From an uncultured Paenibacillaceae bacterium (GTDB taxonomy: Bacteria; Bacillota; Clostridia; Lachnospirales; Lachnospiraceae), in NCBI GenBank assembly GCA_963523055.1, contig CAURBV010000021.1:8556-72555 (forward strand): a stretch of DNA of 64,000 nucleotides. The letters are read 5' to 3'. A program made the position numbers and the translations under genes. This document shows positions 19,886 to 30,071 of the stretch, piece by piece. The notes under the pieces are model-generated. The model made no database searches, was not told where the DNA came from, and was given only the letters and a program-made list of their open reading frames with translations. How positions within the stretch are numbered: position 1 is the stretch's first letter; each line of letters opens with the position of its first letter.

Positions 19886-20461
19886 ATGATGTCATTTATT
19901 CAAAGCCTTGAGAAGAGAAGAACCTATTATAATATCAACCGTGAGCTTCCTGTGTCAGAAGAGGAAGTACTGGATATTATCAGAAAGGTAACAGAAGCAA
20001 CACCAGATGCGTTCAATATGAAGAGTGCCAGAGTTGTGGTCGCACTTGGAGAGAAGCAGGATCAGCTGTGGGACAGTGCTTATGATGCATTTGGCGGGCA
20101 GGTGGATAAAAGTAAGACTGATTCCTTTAAAAACGGGTATGGAACCATTCTTTATTTTATCGATGAAGAACTTGTAAAGTCATATCAGGAACAGTACGCC
20201 CTCTATGCAGATAACTTCCCGGTCTGGGCGAATCAGTCCAACGGTATGCTTCAGTCCAATATCTGGACTGCATTGCGGGAAGTGGGTGTGGGAGCATCTC
20301 TTCAGCATTATAATCCGGTTATCAATCAGGCGGTTGCCACATTGTTTGACATTCCGGCTGGCTGGAAGCTGATCGGGCAGATGCCATTTGGAGGCATCGG
20401 TGCAGAACCAGATGGGAAAGAGAAAGAAGATATTGATAAGAGAGTTCTTGTAAAGAATTAA
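19886..20461 (+). CDS. Nitroreductase family protein (Frm2/Hbn1-like)
   Basis: RRTYY, TPDAFN, GYGTILYF, GASLQHYNP, QMPFG. Confidence 0.85.
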   Translation: MMSFIQSLEKRRTYYNINRELPVSEEEVLDIIRKVTEATPDAFNMKSARVVVALGEKQDQLWDSAYDAFGGQVDKSKTDSFKNGYGTILYFIDEELVKSYQEQYALYADNFPVWANQSNGMLQSNIWTALREVGVGASLQHYNPVINQAVATLFDIPAGWKLIGQMPFGGIGAEPDGKEKEDIDKRVLVKN

Positions 20462-20470
20462 TAAAAGTTT

Positions 20471-20508
20471 AAAAGCTGTCCGGCACATCTGTTCGCCGGG
20501 CAGCTTTT
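20471..20508. terminator. Bidirectional terminator
   Basis: AAAAGCTGTCCGGC / GCCGGGCAGCTTTT between convergent genes. Confidence 0.85.
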
Positions 20509-20525
20509 CTCTTTCTCTGGTAATA

Positions 20526-21434
20526 TTATGTGAAGTCTTTTACTATTTTAATATATTCATTTGCATGATAATTCAAATACGATCCTTTTCGGTAGGCAGC
20601 GACAAAGTCCACCATGGTATTTGGCGTGCCAAAGGAAAAGCATATCAGCTTATCGAGGAAATTCATATGCTTTAAATGGGTGTCTGTGACAAAGGTAACT
20701 CCATAATTTCTGGAAGCCAGCTCTGCTCCTGCCCGGATATTGCTTGTAATTAGCATTTTATCAGGCTGGAAGCCAACCTGCTGAAAGACACGTTCAATTG
20801 TCTGACGGGAACGCTGATCGGTCTCCTGAAGAATTAATATTTCATCCTGCAGAAGGCTTAAGTCAAACCATTGGTGATTGCAATCCTCTCTTGTTATTCC
20901 CTGATCTGCCAGCGGATGTCTTTTTGACATAACAAGTAGCATTTCTTCATGGCTGATGACCTCATAATCAACCTCAGGACTTTTCACCGGTTTGTTGAAA
21001 AAGGCCAGATCTGTCTCACCGGAGAGGATCATGCTTTCCAGAGTGGTTGAAGCAGACTCCTTAATATTTATAATGACATTTGGATACAGACTCTTGAAGA
21101 TAGGAAGAGTACAGGGGAGCATATAAGTTCCGCGCATAACTGGAAATGCAATATTTAATACCCCAATATTGCTCTTAATAATATCGGACAGTTCATTGTC
21201 CAATTCTTTTTTCAGCTGGAGGATTTCTCCGGCTTTTTTTACGTATCGTTCCCCCGCATAGGTCAGTATGAAACGGTTTCCAATTTTTTTAAACAGCTTT
21301 TGTCCAAGGCTGCTTTCCAGACTTTGCAGAAACTTGGTAAGCGTAGGCTGGGAAATATAGAGCGAATTGGCAGCTTTTGTTATATTCTGAAACCTGGCAA
21401 CCGCTAAAACATAACTCAAATCTTTAAAATCCAT
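20526..21434 (-). CDS. LysR-family regulator
   Basis: NITKAANSLYISQPTLTK HTH, LTYAG; divergent from the catabolic operon. Confidence 0.93.
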   Translation of the reverse strand: MDFKDLSYVLAVARFQNITKAANSLYISQPTLTKFLQSLESSLGQKLFKKIGNRFILTYAGERYVKKAGEILQLKKELDNELSDIIKSNIGVLNIAFPVMRGTYMLPCTLPIFKSLYPNVIINIKESASTTLESMILSGETDLAFFNKPVKSPEVDYEVISHEEMLLVMSKRHPLADQGITREDCNHQWFDLSLLQDEILILQETDQRSRQTIERVFQQVGFQPDKMLITSNIRAGAELASRNYGVTFVTDTHLKHMNFLDKLICFSFGTPNTMVDFVAAYRKGSYLNYHANEYIKIVKDFT

Positions 21435-21487
21435 GGTATCACCTCTTTATCCATTTTACCTGAAGTTAATCAAAAAAACAAGAAAAT

Positions 21488-21554
21488 TATAGTCATAAAC
21501 TATACTTTATATGAAAAACATGAATTAGACATATAGTTAAGAACATGTTATATT
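21488..21554 (+). promoter_or_regulatory. LysR binding site and SigA promoter of the carboxylate operon
   Basis: Palindrome TATAGT-N5-ACTATA (T-N11-A) at 21488-21504; TAGACA-17 nt-TATATT at 21526-21554. Confidence 0.6.
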
Positions 21555-21626
21555 TACCATATCGATCGAATTATAATTCAGAGATGGTAACCGTTAGATA
21601 AAATTTAATAATGAGGTGGAACAGAC

Positions 21627-22901
21627 ATGAACTACATAGATATTATAGCTATTATATTCTTATTTGTAGTGGTGGCAATTGGGTTTATAAAAAAGTGCAA
21701 TATTGGTGTTCTGGCAATCGGATCAGCGTTGATTCTTGCCAGATTGGGGGGCTTAAGTGACAGCAAGGTACTGGCCGGTTTTGATGCAAAATTGTTTATA
21801 ACATTGGTTGGAGTTTCATTTTTATTCAGCGTTGCCCAGGTTAATGGCACGCTGGAGCTTGTTGCAAAAAAGGGAATCGCACTTGCAGGAAAGAGAACCT
21901 ATCTGGTTCCGATCATCATTTTCCTTGTAGCTGGACTTCTGACGATTATCGGACCTGGCAATATTCCGGTAGGAAACTTAATGACAGTTGTTGCAGTTAC
22001 AGTTGCAGTCAGCATGGGAGAAAATCCGCTGTTGTTTGCACTGGCAGCCAAGGTGGCAGCCAATGGGTTTACGCTGTCCCCATTAACGCCTCCGGGAGTA
22101 TTGATGGAGAAGCTGGGAACCGAAGCTGGTTTCACCGGATTTGAAATCCCGGTTATGTGGAACTGCATTTTGTGGGCAACAATCCTGATGATAGGTTTCT
22201 CAATTTACTATAAGATCTGGAAGATAAAACCTGCAGATAAAAATATCGCATCACTGGAAGTAAAAGAGCATCTCAATAAACAGCAGTGGATTACAATCAC
22301 TGGTGTACTGGCTATGGTAGTTATGGTTGTTGGTCTGAATATTAACGTAGGTCTGGCTTCGTTTTTAGTAGCCGCAGCATTGGTGATTTTAGGCGTGACC
22401 GATGAAAAGAAAGCGTTAGTAAAGGTACCATGGGGAACACTCATTTTAATCTGCGGTGTAGGCGTGCTGATGAACGTTGTTATAGAGCTGGGCGGACTGG
22501 ATCTGGTGTCTAAAGGACTTTTATCTATCATGACGCCAAAGACAGCGGCTCCAATCATTGGAATCAGTGCTTCTATATTATCATTCTTCAGTTCCACCAC
22601 AGGTGTGGTAATGCCTTCCATGATCCCCACACTTGGACCGATTGTACAGTCATTAGGAACTGGTAATGCTGGTTTTGTTGAGCTTGCCAGTGTTGTAATT
22701 ACTTCTTCTTTATCAGCAGCATTCAGCCCGGCATCAACCGGAGGCGGACTGATCCTGGCCGCATATATGACAGCGTCAAACGCTGAGGACAAAGATCAGG
22801 AGCAGAATAAACTGTTCGGCCGTTTGTTTTTAATCGCATTTGTTTGCGTAATCGCAAATGCAATTTTAGCAACAATCGGAATTTATGGAATTATTCGATA
22901 A
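21627..22901 (+). CDS. Di/tricarboxylate transporter (SLC13/ion-transporter superfamily)
   Basis: Many TMs; VPWGTLILICGVGVL, SFFSSTTGVVMP, SPASTGG. Confidence 0.75.
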   Translation: MNYIDIIAIIFLFVVVAIGFIKKCNIGVLAIGSALILARLGGLSDSKVLAGFDAKLFITLVGVSFLFSVAQVNGTLELVAKKGIALAGKRTYLVPIIIFLVAGLLTIIGPGNIPVGNLMTVVAVTVAVSMGENPLLFALAAKVAANGFTLSPLTPPGVLMEKLGTEAGFTGFEIPVMWNCILWATILMIGFSIYYKIWKIKPADKNIASLEVKEHLNKQQWITITGVLAMVVMVVGLNINVGLASFLVAAALVILGVTDEKKALVKVPWGTLILICGVGVLMNVVIELGGLDLVSKGLLSIMTPKTAAPIIGISASILSFFSSTTGVVMPSMIPTLGPIVQSLGTGNAGFVELASVVITSSLSAAFSPASTGGGLILAAYMTASNAEDKDQEQNKLFGRLFLIAFVCVIANAILATIGIYGIIR

Positions 22902-22915
22902 TTGGAGGAACCATC

Positions 22916-24058
22916 ATGTTAGATAGGCAAAGAAGAAGAATTCCCTGTTCTATTATGCGGGGAGGTACCAGTAAAGGTGTGTACATACTGGAGAATTATC
23001 TTCCTTCTGAGGAGCAGGCAAGGGATGAGATTCTCATGAAAATCATGGGAAGTCCTGATATCAAGCAGATTAATGGTCTGGGCGGTGCAGCTTCTGTTAC
23101 AAGTAAGGTTGCAATTATAGGGGTATCCAGCCGTGAGGATGCAGACGTGGATTATACCTTTGCACAGGTATCAGTAGATAAACCCCTTGTAAGCTATAAA
23201 GGAAACTGCGGCAATATTTCTTCCGGAGTGGGACCTTTTGCGGTTGAACAGGGACTTGTTAAAATAACCGAGCCTGTCACAATTGTTAAAGTGTTTAATA
23301 CTAATACAGGGAAAATTATTGAAGAAGAGGTACAGGTAAAAGACGGAGCAGTCAAATACGATGGTGATTTTGCAATTGCGGGAGTCCCGGGAACTGGTGC
23401 ACCGGTTAAAATGAAGTTTCTTGATCCTGCCGGAAGTGTTTCCGGAAAGCTTCTTCCCACCGGAAATGCGGTGGATCTACTGGAAGTTCCTGGCATTGGA
23501 CAGGTAGAAGTATCCATTGTTGATGCAGCCAATCCACTGGTATTTGTAAAGGCTTCTGATCTGGGATTGACGGGAAAAGAACTTCCAAAAGATCTGGATT
23601 CAGACCAGGAAAAACTGGATCTTTTAGAGACTGTCAGAGGACTTGCAGCTGTTAAAATGGGATTAATTACCGACTATAAGAAATCAGCATGGGAAATGCC
23701 CGGAATCCCTAAAATGACTTTTGTGGCAGAACCAGGTGAGTATGTGACCAACTCAGGCAGTACCATAGAAGGGGATAACATTGATCTGTTATCCCGCATG
23801 ATGTCAATGCAAAAGACCCATCCCACCTACGCCATGACTGGTGCCATGTGTACAGCTGCTGCTGCCATTATTCCAGGCAGTGTGGTAAATCAGGTTTTAA
23901 GACCGGAAGCAGATACAAAGTTTATCCGTATCGGCCATGCAGGCGGTATTTTGGAAGCAGGTGTTGATTTCCATGTGGAAGGAAATGAAACAATCGTGGA
24001 AGATACATTTGGGTTCAGAACCGCAAATCTGATACTGGAAGGATTTACATATTGTTGA
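22916..24058 (+). CDS. PrpF-family isomerase (aconitate/3-methylitaconate isomerase-like)
   Basis: Start at ATG after GGAGG; MRGGTSKG, MGSPD..QI.GLGG, TSKVAII, GNCGNI, H....MTG. Confidence 0.92.
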   Translation: MLDRQRRRIPCSIMRGGTSKGVYILENYLPSEEQARDEILMKIMGSPDIKQINGLGGAASVTSKVAIIGVSSREDADVDYTFAQVSVDKPLVSYKGNCGNISSGVGPFAVEQGLVKITEPVTIVKVFNTNTGKIIEEEVQVKDGAVKYDGDFAIAGVPGTGAPVKMKFLDPAGSVSGKLLPTGNAVDLLEVPGIGQVEVSIVDAANPLVFVKASDLGLTGKELPKDLDSDQEKLDLLETVRGLAAVKMGLITDYKKSAWEMPGIPKMTFVAEPGEYVTNSGSTIEGDNIDLLSRMMSMQKTHPTYAMTGAMCTAAAAIIPGSVVNQVLRPEADTKFIRIGHAGGILEAGVDFHVEGNETIVEDTFGFRTANLILEGFTYC

Positions 24059-24107
24059 TTGGGAATGATGAAACAACTTAATTGTTAGAATGCAGGAGGA
24101 TTTAGAC

Positions 24108-26393
24108 GTGGTAAAACTTTATGACAGCGGCGTGTATCTGATTCATGGTCAGGAAATTGTTTCTGAGGAAGATTACCTTAAATCAGGAACTTTGACAGAT
24201 TCAGAGAAAGAAGAAGCAAAAAAAGGGACAATCTCTTATCATATTTTAAAGAACCATAACACTTCTGAAGATATGTCTCATTTGAAAATTAAATTTGATG
24301 CCATGACCTCCCATGATCTCACATTTGTAGGAGTTATCCAGACCGCCAAAGCATCTGGTATGGATAAATTCCCCATTCCTTATGTACTGACCAACTGCCA
24401 CAATTCTTTGTGTGCAGTTGGCGGTACGATAAATGAAGACGATCATGTTTTTGGTTTGTCTGCGGCACAAAAGTATGGGGGCATCTATGTTCCTCCTCAT
24501 ATTGCAGTCATTCATCAGTATATGAGGGAAATGCATGCAGGCGGCGGTCAGATGATTTTAGGTTCTGATTCCCATACCCGTTATGGTGCATTGGGAACCA
24601 TGGCAGTTGGTGAAGGTGGCGGTGAGCTGGTAAAACAGCTTCTTTGCGATACTTATGATCTGGCTTACCCGGATATTATTGCAGTCTATCTGACTGGAAA
24701 ACCAAATCCCGGAGTCGGTCCACAGGATATTGCCCTGGCAATTATCGGTGCAGTTTTTAAAAATGGTTATGTAAAAAATAAGGTTATGGAATTCGTGGGA
24801 CCAGGAATTGAATTTATGAGCACGGACTTCCGCAATGGAATTGATGTAATGACAACGGAAACAACCTGTTTAAGCTCCATATGGAGTACGGATGCGGATA
24901 CAAAAAATTACTTATCCGTTCATGGAAGAGAGGCAGATTACCAGGAATTAAAACCTGCAGCAAGGGCTTATTATGATGGCTGTGTATATGTGGATTTAAG
25001 CACAGTTAAGCCTATGATTGCACTTCCATTCCACCCAAGCAATACCTATGAAATTGATGAGTTGAATGAAAATCTGGTTGATATTCTGCGCCAGGTAGAA
25101 AAAGAGGCAGAGAAAGTAAGCAAGGGACGGGCTCCATTTACTCTGACCGATAAAATTATTAATGGTAAACTTCAGGTTCAGCAGGGTATTATTGCCGGAT
25201 GTGCCGGAGGCAATTATACCAATGTAATAGAAGCTGCCAATGCTTTAAAAGGAAGAGACTGCGGCTATGGGGAATTCTCCCTTTCCGTTTATCCTTCTTC
25301 ACAGCCTGTTTACATGGATCTGGTGAAGAAAGGTGCTGTAACAGACTTAATGGAAGCAGGAGCCGTGTTAAAAACTGCATTCTGCGGACCGTGTTTTGGT
25401 GCCGGTGATACCCCTGCTCACAATGGGCTGAGTATCCGTCACACCACCAGAAACTTCCCCAACCGGGAAGGTTCCAAGCCTGGAAATGGTCAGATGGCAG
25501 CCGTTGCACTGATGGATGCCCGCTCTATTGCAGCAACTGCAGCCAACGGAGGCGTGCTTACTTCTGCAGAAGCGTTTGACTGCTGGGAAAACATACCGGA
25601 TTATCAGTTTGACAGCACTGTATATAAGAAGAGAATATACCAGGGATTTAATCATGAACAAAAAGAGAAAGAACTGGTATGCGGCCCCAATATTAAAGAC
25701 TGGCCGGAGATGAGCGCTTTGACAGAAAACATTCTTTTAAAAGTCTGCTCTAAGATTATGGATGAGGTTACAACCACAGATGAGTTGATTCCTTCCGGCG
25801 AAACTGCTTCTTACCGATCCAATCCATTGGGACTTGCTGAATTTACCTTATCCAGAAGAGATCCCGCGTATGTGGAAAGAAGTAAAAGCGTTGACCGTCT
25901 GGAAAAAACAAGAACTGCAGGAAAATCTCCGGCAGAATTAGATCCCGAGCTTACAAAGATCTATGATACAGTCAAAAAAATACCTGGAATGGAAACTCTT
26001 GAAATATCTGATACAGAAATTGGAAGTATGATTTATGCAATCAAACCGGGAGATGGTTCAGCCAGAGAACAGGCAGCCAGCTGTCAGAGAGTGATTGGCG
26101 GACTTGCCAACATAACCAGAGAATATGCGACAAAACGCTATCGTTCCAATGTAATGAACTGGGGAATGCTTCCATTTCAGATGAAAGATGAACCGGAATT
26201 TGAGACAGGCGATTATATATTTGTCCCTGGAGTACGCACCGCATTGGAAAGCGGAAATATGTCAGATATCACAGCCTATGTGATAAAAGAAGATAAAACC
26301 AAAGAAATTCATTTATATATCACGGACATGACTCAGGAAGAACGTGAGATTGTTAAAGCAGGAAGCTTAATCAATTACAACAGAAAAAGGTAA
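24108..26393 (+). CDS. Aconitase-family hydratase (YbhJ-like)
   Basis: GTG start after [65 protein letters not shown]. Confidence 0.9.
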   Translation: MVKLYDSGVYLIHGQEIVSEEDYLKSGTLTDSEKEEAKKGTISYHILKNHNTSEDMSHLKIKFDAMTSHDLTFVGVIQTAKASGMDKFPIPYVLTNCHNSLCAVGGTINEDDHVFGLSAAQKYGGIYVPPHIAVIHQYMREMHAGGGQMILGSDSHTRYGALGTMAVGEGGGELVKQLLCDTYDLAYPDIIAVYLTGKPNPGVGPQDIALAIIGAVFKNGYVKNKVMEFVGPGIEFMSTDFRNGIDVMTTETTCLSSIWSTDADTKNYLSVHGREADYQELKPAARAYYDGCVYVDLSTVKPMIALPFHPSNTYEIDELNENLVDILRQVEKEAEKVSKGRAPFTLTDKIINGKLQVQQGIIAGCAGGNYTNVIEAANALKGRDCGYGEFSLSVYPSSQPVYMDLVKKGAVTDLMEAGAVLKTAFCGPCFGAGDTPAHNGLSIRHTTRNFPNREGSKPGNGQMAAVALMDARSIAATAANGGVLTSAEAFDCWENIPDYQFDSTVYKKRIYQGFNHEQKEKELVCGPNIKDWPEMSALTENILLKVCSKIMDEVTTTDELIPSGETASYRSNPLGLAEFTLSRRDPAYVERSKSVDRLEKTRTAGKSPAELDPELTKIYDTVKKIPGMETLEISDTEIGSMIYAIKPGDGSAREQAASCQRVIGGLANITREYATKRYRSNVMNWGMLPFQMKDEPEFETGDYIFVPGVRTALESGNMSDITAYVIKEDKTKEIHLYITDMTQEEREIVKAGSLINYNRKR

Positions 26394-26409
26394 TAAGAGG
26401 AGGAACAAT

Positions 26410-26709
26410 ATGGAAATCGTGCAGCCGGCAATGGCCGGAACACTGGAATCCAGCGACTGCCAGGTTACGGTAGAACCTGGTAATAATGGCATAGAATTTA
26501 ACCTGGAAAGTGTGGTTATCAATCAGTTTGGTAATCAGATTAAAAAGGTTGTGATGGATACTCTTAAGAATTTGGAAGTCAGTCAGGTGAAAATCTCTAT
26601 CGTAGACAAAGGAGCACTGGATTGTACAATAAAAGCGCGTGTAGAAGGAGCATTGTTCCGTTCTGTCGGGCAATTTGATCATCTTCCATGGGGAGGAGCT
26701 GTTCGATGA
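26410..26709 (+). CDS. citD: Citrate lyase acyl carrier protein (gamma subunit)
   Basis: AGTLESSD, QFG.QI, DKGALDCTI.ARV. Confidence 0.93.
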   Translation: MEIVQPAMAGTLESSDCQVTVEPGNNGIEFNLESVVINQFGNQIKKVVMDTLKNLEVSQVKISIVDKGALDCTIKARVEGALFRSVGQFDHLPWGGAVR

Positions 26710-27608
26710 TGAATCCGGAAAAGAAACGATTAAGAAGAACCATGATGTTTTTAAATGCCCAGAAACCGGGGTTAATCAAAGATCCCTACATTTATAAGCC
26801 AGATTCCATTATGCTGGATTTAGAGGATGCAGTGGCCGAAAACCAAAAGGATGCTGCACGTTTTTCCCTTTATCATGCACTGAAAGAAATCAATTACCAT
26901 GGATGTGAACGGGTAGTCCGGATTAATGCCCTGGATACCCCTTATTGGAAGGAAGACATCCGCTGTGCAGTAGCAGGCGGATGCGATTCCATACGAATTC
27001 CAAAAACAGAGCGGGCAGAGGATGTGAAGCTGGTTGAGGAAGCGGTTGCTGCAGCAGAAAAAGAGTTTGATATTCCAGAAGGAAGAACCCTTATTATGGC
27101 AGCCATTGAATCCGCCAGAGGAGTCATGAAGGTTCTTGAAATCTGTGAATCCTCAGAACGGCTTTTTGGTATAGCCCTTTCCGGAGGAGATTACACCAAA
27201 GATTTACAGACACGCATTACCGGAACCGGAGTGGAGCTCATGGGTGCAAGGCAGCATATGATCATAGCAGCCAGAGCGGCCGGCGTTCAGTGCTTTGATA
27301 CCGTTTATACGAATTTAGATGACATGGAAGGCTTCCGAAACGAGGTTGAATCCATTCATCTAATGGGATTTGACGGAAAATCAATTATAAATCCAAGACA
27401 GATCAATATTGTACATGAAATATTTACACCAACAATGAAAGACATTATCTTTGCAGAAAAGGTAGTCAAGGAAATCGATGATAAGAAGGCAAAGGGAATC
27501 GGTGTATTTACCGTTGATGGAAAGATGATTGATATCGCATTTTATGATGGTGCGATACGTACCATTTATATGGCGAAAGCATCGGGTGTATATAAGGGGG
27601 ATTTGTAA
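26706..27608 (+). CDS. citE: Citrate lyase beta subunit (citryl-ACP lyase)
   Basis: RRTMMF, DLEDAV, VVRIN, AIESARG, GFDGKSIINPRQI, DGKMID. Confidence 0.9.
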   Translation: MMNPEKKRLRRTMMFLNAQKPGLIKDPYIYKPDSIMLDLEDAVAENQKDAARFSLYHALKEINYHGCERVVRINALDTPYWKEDIRCAVAGGCDSIRIPKTERAEDVKLVEEAVAAAEKEFDIPEGRTLIMAAIESARGVMKVLEICESSERLFGIALSGGDYTKDLQTRITGTGVELMGARQHMIIAARAAGVQCFDTVYTNLDDMEGFRNEVESIHLMGFDGKSIINPRQINIVHEIFTPTMKDIIFAEKVVKEIDDKKAKGIGVFTVDGKMIDIAFYDGAIRTIYMAKASGVYKGDL

Positions 27609-27609
27609 A

Positions 27610-29172
27610 ATGATAAATGCAGTTGGAAGAGATATCCCGGATGAGATCTTGAAAGCCACTGGAAAAGAAGTGTTCCAGGGAATTCACTACAGAGACGGAT
27701 ATACTTATAAAAAAGATGGCCCGGTAACCAGATGTGTGAGTGATAATACGAAGAGTAAATTAGTAGACAGTATTCATGATGCACTGATTAGATGCAACAT
27801 AAAAGATGGTATGACTCTTGGCTTCCATCATCACTTTCGGGAAGGTGACTATATAGTCAATATGGTAATGGAAGAAGTACACCGGCTGGGCATTAAAAAT
27901 ATCACCATTTGCGCCAGTTCCCTTGGTAAGGCTCACGATCCAATTGTTCCATACATTGAAGATGGAACCATAACCAATATCCAGTCCTCCGGTGTCAGAG
28001 GAAAAATCGGACAGGCTATTTCCGCCGGAAAGTTAAAAGGATTGGCCATCATGCGTTCTCATGGAGGACGGGTTCGTGCCATTGAAAGCGGAGAAACCAG
28101 AATCGACATCGCATTTATCGGTGCACCAACCTGTGACGATTATGGCAACTGCCGTGGAATCGGAGGCAAGAGTAACTGCGGTGTTCTTTCCTATGCTCTT
28201 GCAGATGGAGATTATGCCGACCAGGTCGTTGCAATTACAGACTGTCTGGTTCCTTTCCCCAATTTTCCTGCACACATCAGCATGACAAAGGTGGATTATG
28301 TAGTCGTGGTAGATGCCATCGGAAATCCAGATAAGATTGCCACAGGTGCTGCAAAACCCACCACTGATATGAGAAAGCTGATGATGGCTGATTACTGTAC
28401 CCAGTTTGTTGTTAATACTCCTTATTTTAAAGATGGATTTTCTTATCAGACCGGCGTGGGAGGGGCATCCATCGCTTCTACTATTTCACTTTCTAAAATT
28501 ATGAAGGAACGCAATATCCGCATGCGTTTTGGTGTAGGCGGCCTGACAAAACCCATGTGTGATCTGTTGGCAAATGATCAGGTAGACTGTCTGCTGGATA
28601 CCCAGGATTTCGATCTTGATGCAGTCGAGTCAGTAAAAGATCTAAAACACTTCCGTATTTCCGCCGGAGAGTATGCAAATCCGTTTAATAAAGGCGCGGT
28701 GGTGAATAAACTGGATTTTGTCATTCTGGCTGCTCTTGAAGTGGATATTAATTTCAACTGTAACGTGGTGGTTGGCTCAGACGGAGAGATAACCGGAGCC
28801 CAGGGAGGCCATCCCGATACAGCAGCCGGTGCCAAATGTGCAATCGTCATCGTTCCACTATTACAGGGAAGAATTCCCGCGGTCTGTACGGAAGTCACTG
28901 CAGTGACCACTCCGGGAGAAAGCATTGATGTAGTAGTGACTGATTATGGAATTGCCATCAATCCAAAACGACAGGATTTAATTGACTGCATGAAAGGGGT
29001 AGACCTTCCATTTAAAACAATTGAAGAACTTCGGGACATTGCCTATTCCATGGTTGGAGAGCCGGAGAAAGTGGTTTTTGATGATAAGGTTGTAGGAATT
29101 ATCGAAAGCCGGGATGGAACCATATTAGATGTCGTGCGCAAGGTGAAAGAATATACTTTCTCAGATAATTAG
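27610..29172 (+). CDS. citF: Citrate lyase alpha subunit (ACP transferase)
   Basis: FHHHFREGD, RSHGGR, DTQDFD, GGHPDTA, TPGESIDVVVTDYGIAINP, RDGTILD. Confidence 0.93.
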   Translation: MINAVGRDIPDEILKATGKEVFQGIHYRDGYTYKKDGPVTRCVSDNTKSKLVDSIHDALIRCNIKDGMTLGFHHHFREGDYIVNMVMEEVHRLGIKNITICASSLGKAHDPIVPYIEDGTITNIQSSGVRGKIGQAISAGKLKGLAIMRSHGGRVRAIESGETRIDIAFIGAPTCDDYGNCRGIGGKSNCGVLSYALADGDYADQVVAITDCLVPFPNFPAHISMTKVDYVVVVDAIGNPDKIATGAAKPTTDMRKLMMADYCTQFVVNTPYFKDGFSYQTGVGGASIASTISLSKIMKERNIRMRFGVGGLTKPMCDLLANDQVDCLLDTQDFDLDAVESVKDLKHFRISAGEYANPFNKGAVVNKLDFVILAALEVDINFNCNVVVGSDGEITGAQGGHPDTAAGAKCAIVIVPLLQGRIPAVCTEVTAVTTPGESIDVVVTDYGIAINPKRQDLIDCMKGVDLPFKTIEELRDIAYSMVGEPEKVVFDDKVVGIIESRDGTILDVVRKVKEYTFSDN

Positions 29173-30063
29173 ATGATAGATACAGATAAGAAGAACTATG
29201 ATACTTATGCCCACTGGATTGGAAACATGGCAGGATCAGCATTGCTGGAGGAAGTTTATACGGCACCAAAGCCCGGGCTTGTGGATCCGCTCAGTAATGG
29301 AGCCCACCGGGATATGAATCTGCTTACATTTAAAAGAAGCACAGATGCTTTGGTGCCTTATTTTTGTAAATTTGCGGAAACAGGAATTCATATGTCTGAA
29401 AAACCAGAAGGCTGCTTTTTAAAGATCCGTCAGATTGGAATTCAGGCAGAAAATGCGATGTATGAAGCAACCGGACAGGTTAATACCCATAAAGGGGCTG
29501 TGTTTACTATGGGTATCTTATGTGCGGCTGCCGGAAGCTGTTTTAAAAAGTATGGTCAGGTGTCCATTAGCAGTCTGATTATGCAGGAACAAAAAATGGT
29601 TCGGAATATTTTATTAAATGAACTTGACTCCATACAGTTTAAGAACAGTAAAGATACCCATGGCCAAAAGAATTTATGTACTTATGGTTCCAGAGGAATC
29701 AGGGGAGAGGCGGCAGATGGTTATCCTTCCGTCATAAACCTGGCATTACCGGTTATCAGACAGGGAAAAAAAGAGGGACGCTATTGGAATCTGGTGAAAA
29801 TCCAGACGCTGTTTACCCTGATGAGTCAGGTGGAAGATGGAAACATCCTGTCCAGGTGCAGGCGTGAGGGGCTTAAGGAAGTACAGAAACTGTCTCAGGA
29901 ATTTCTGCTTACAGGGGGTGCCTATTCCCAAGGTGCGATTGAGGAGTTAATAAAACTTGACACCTATTTTATTCATAAAAACTATAGCAGCGGCGGGTGT
30001 GCCGATTTGCTGGCGGCCTCTATCTTTTTATCTGAGATTGAGGATGCGTGGGCAGGAAAGTGA
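29173..30063 (+). CDS. citG: Triphosphoribosyl-dephospho-CoA synthase
   Basis: PKPGLVD...GAH.DM, NTHKGA, GIRGEA, GG.ADLL. Confidence 0.92.
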   Translation: MIDTDKKNYDTYAHWIGNMAGSALLEEVYTAPKPGLVDPLSNGAHRDMNLLTFKRSTDALVPYFCKFAETGIHMSEKPEGCFLKIRQIGIQAENAMYEATGQVNTHKGAVFTMGILCAAAGSCFKKYGQVSISSLIMQEQKMVRNILLNELDSIQFKNSKDTHGQKNLCTYGSRGIRGEAADGYPSVINLALPVIRQGKKEGRYWNLVKIQTLFTLMSQVEDGNILSRCRREGLKEVQKLSQEFLLTGGAYSQGAIEELIKLDTYFIHKNYSSGGCADLLAASIFLSEIEDAWAGK

Positions 30064-30071
30064 GCAGGTGA

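Noticed and set aside
21584..21599. cre/LacI-like site ATGGTAACCGTTAGAT in the carboxylate operon leader
   Set aside because: Plausible position, but the match is too imperfect to call
22208..22792. 194-aa antisense ORF, and the many other shadow ORFs in the track
   Set aside because: They lie opposite or within well-supported genes and lack motifs or an RBS
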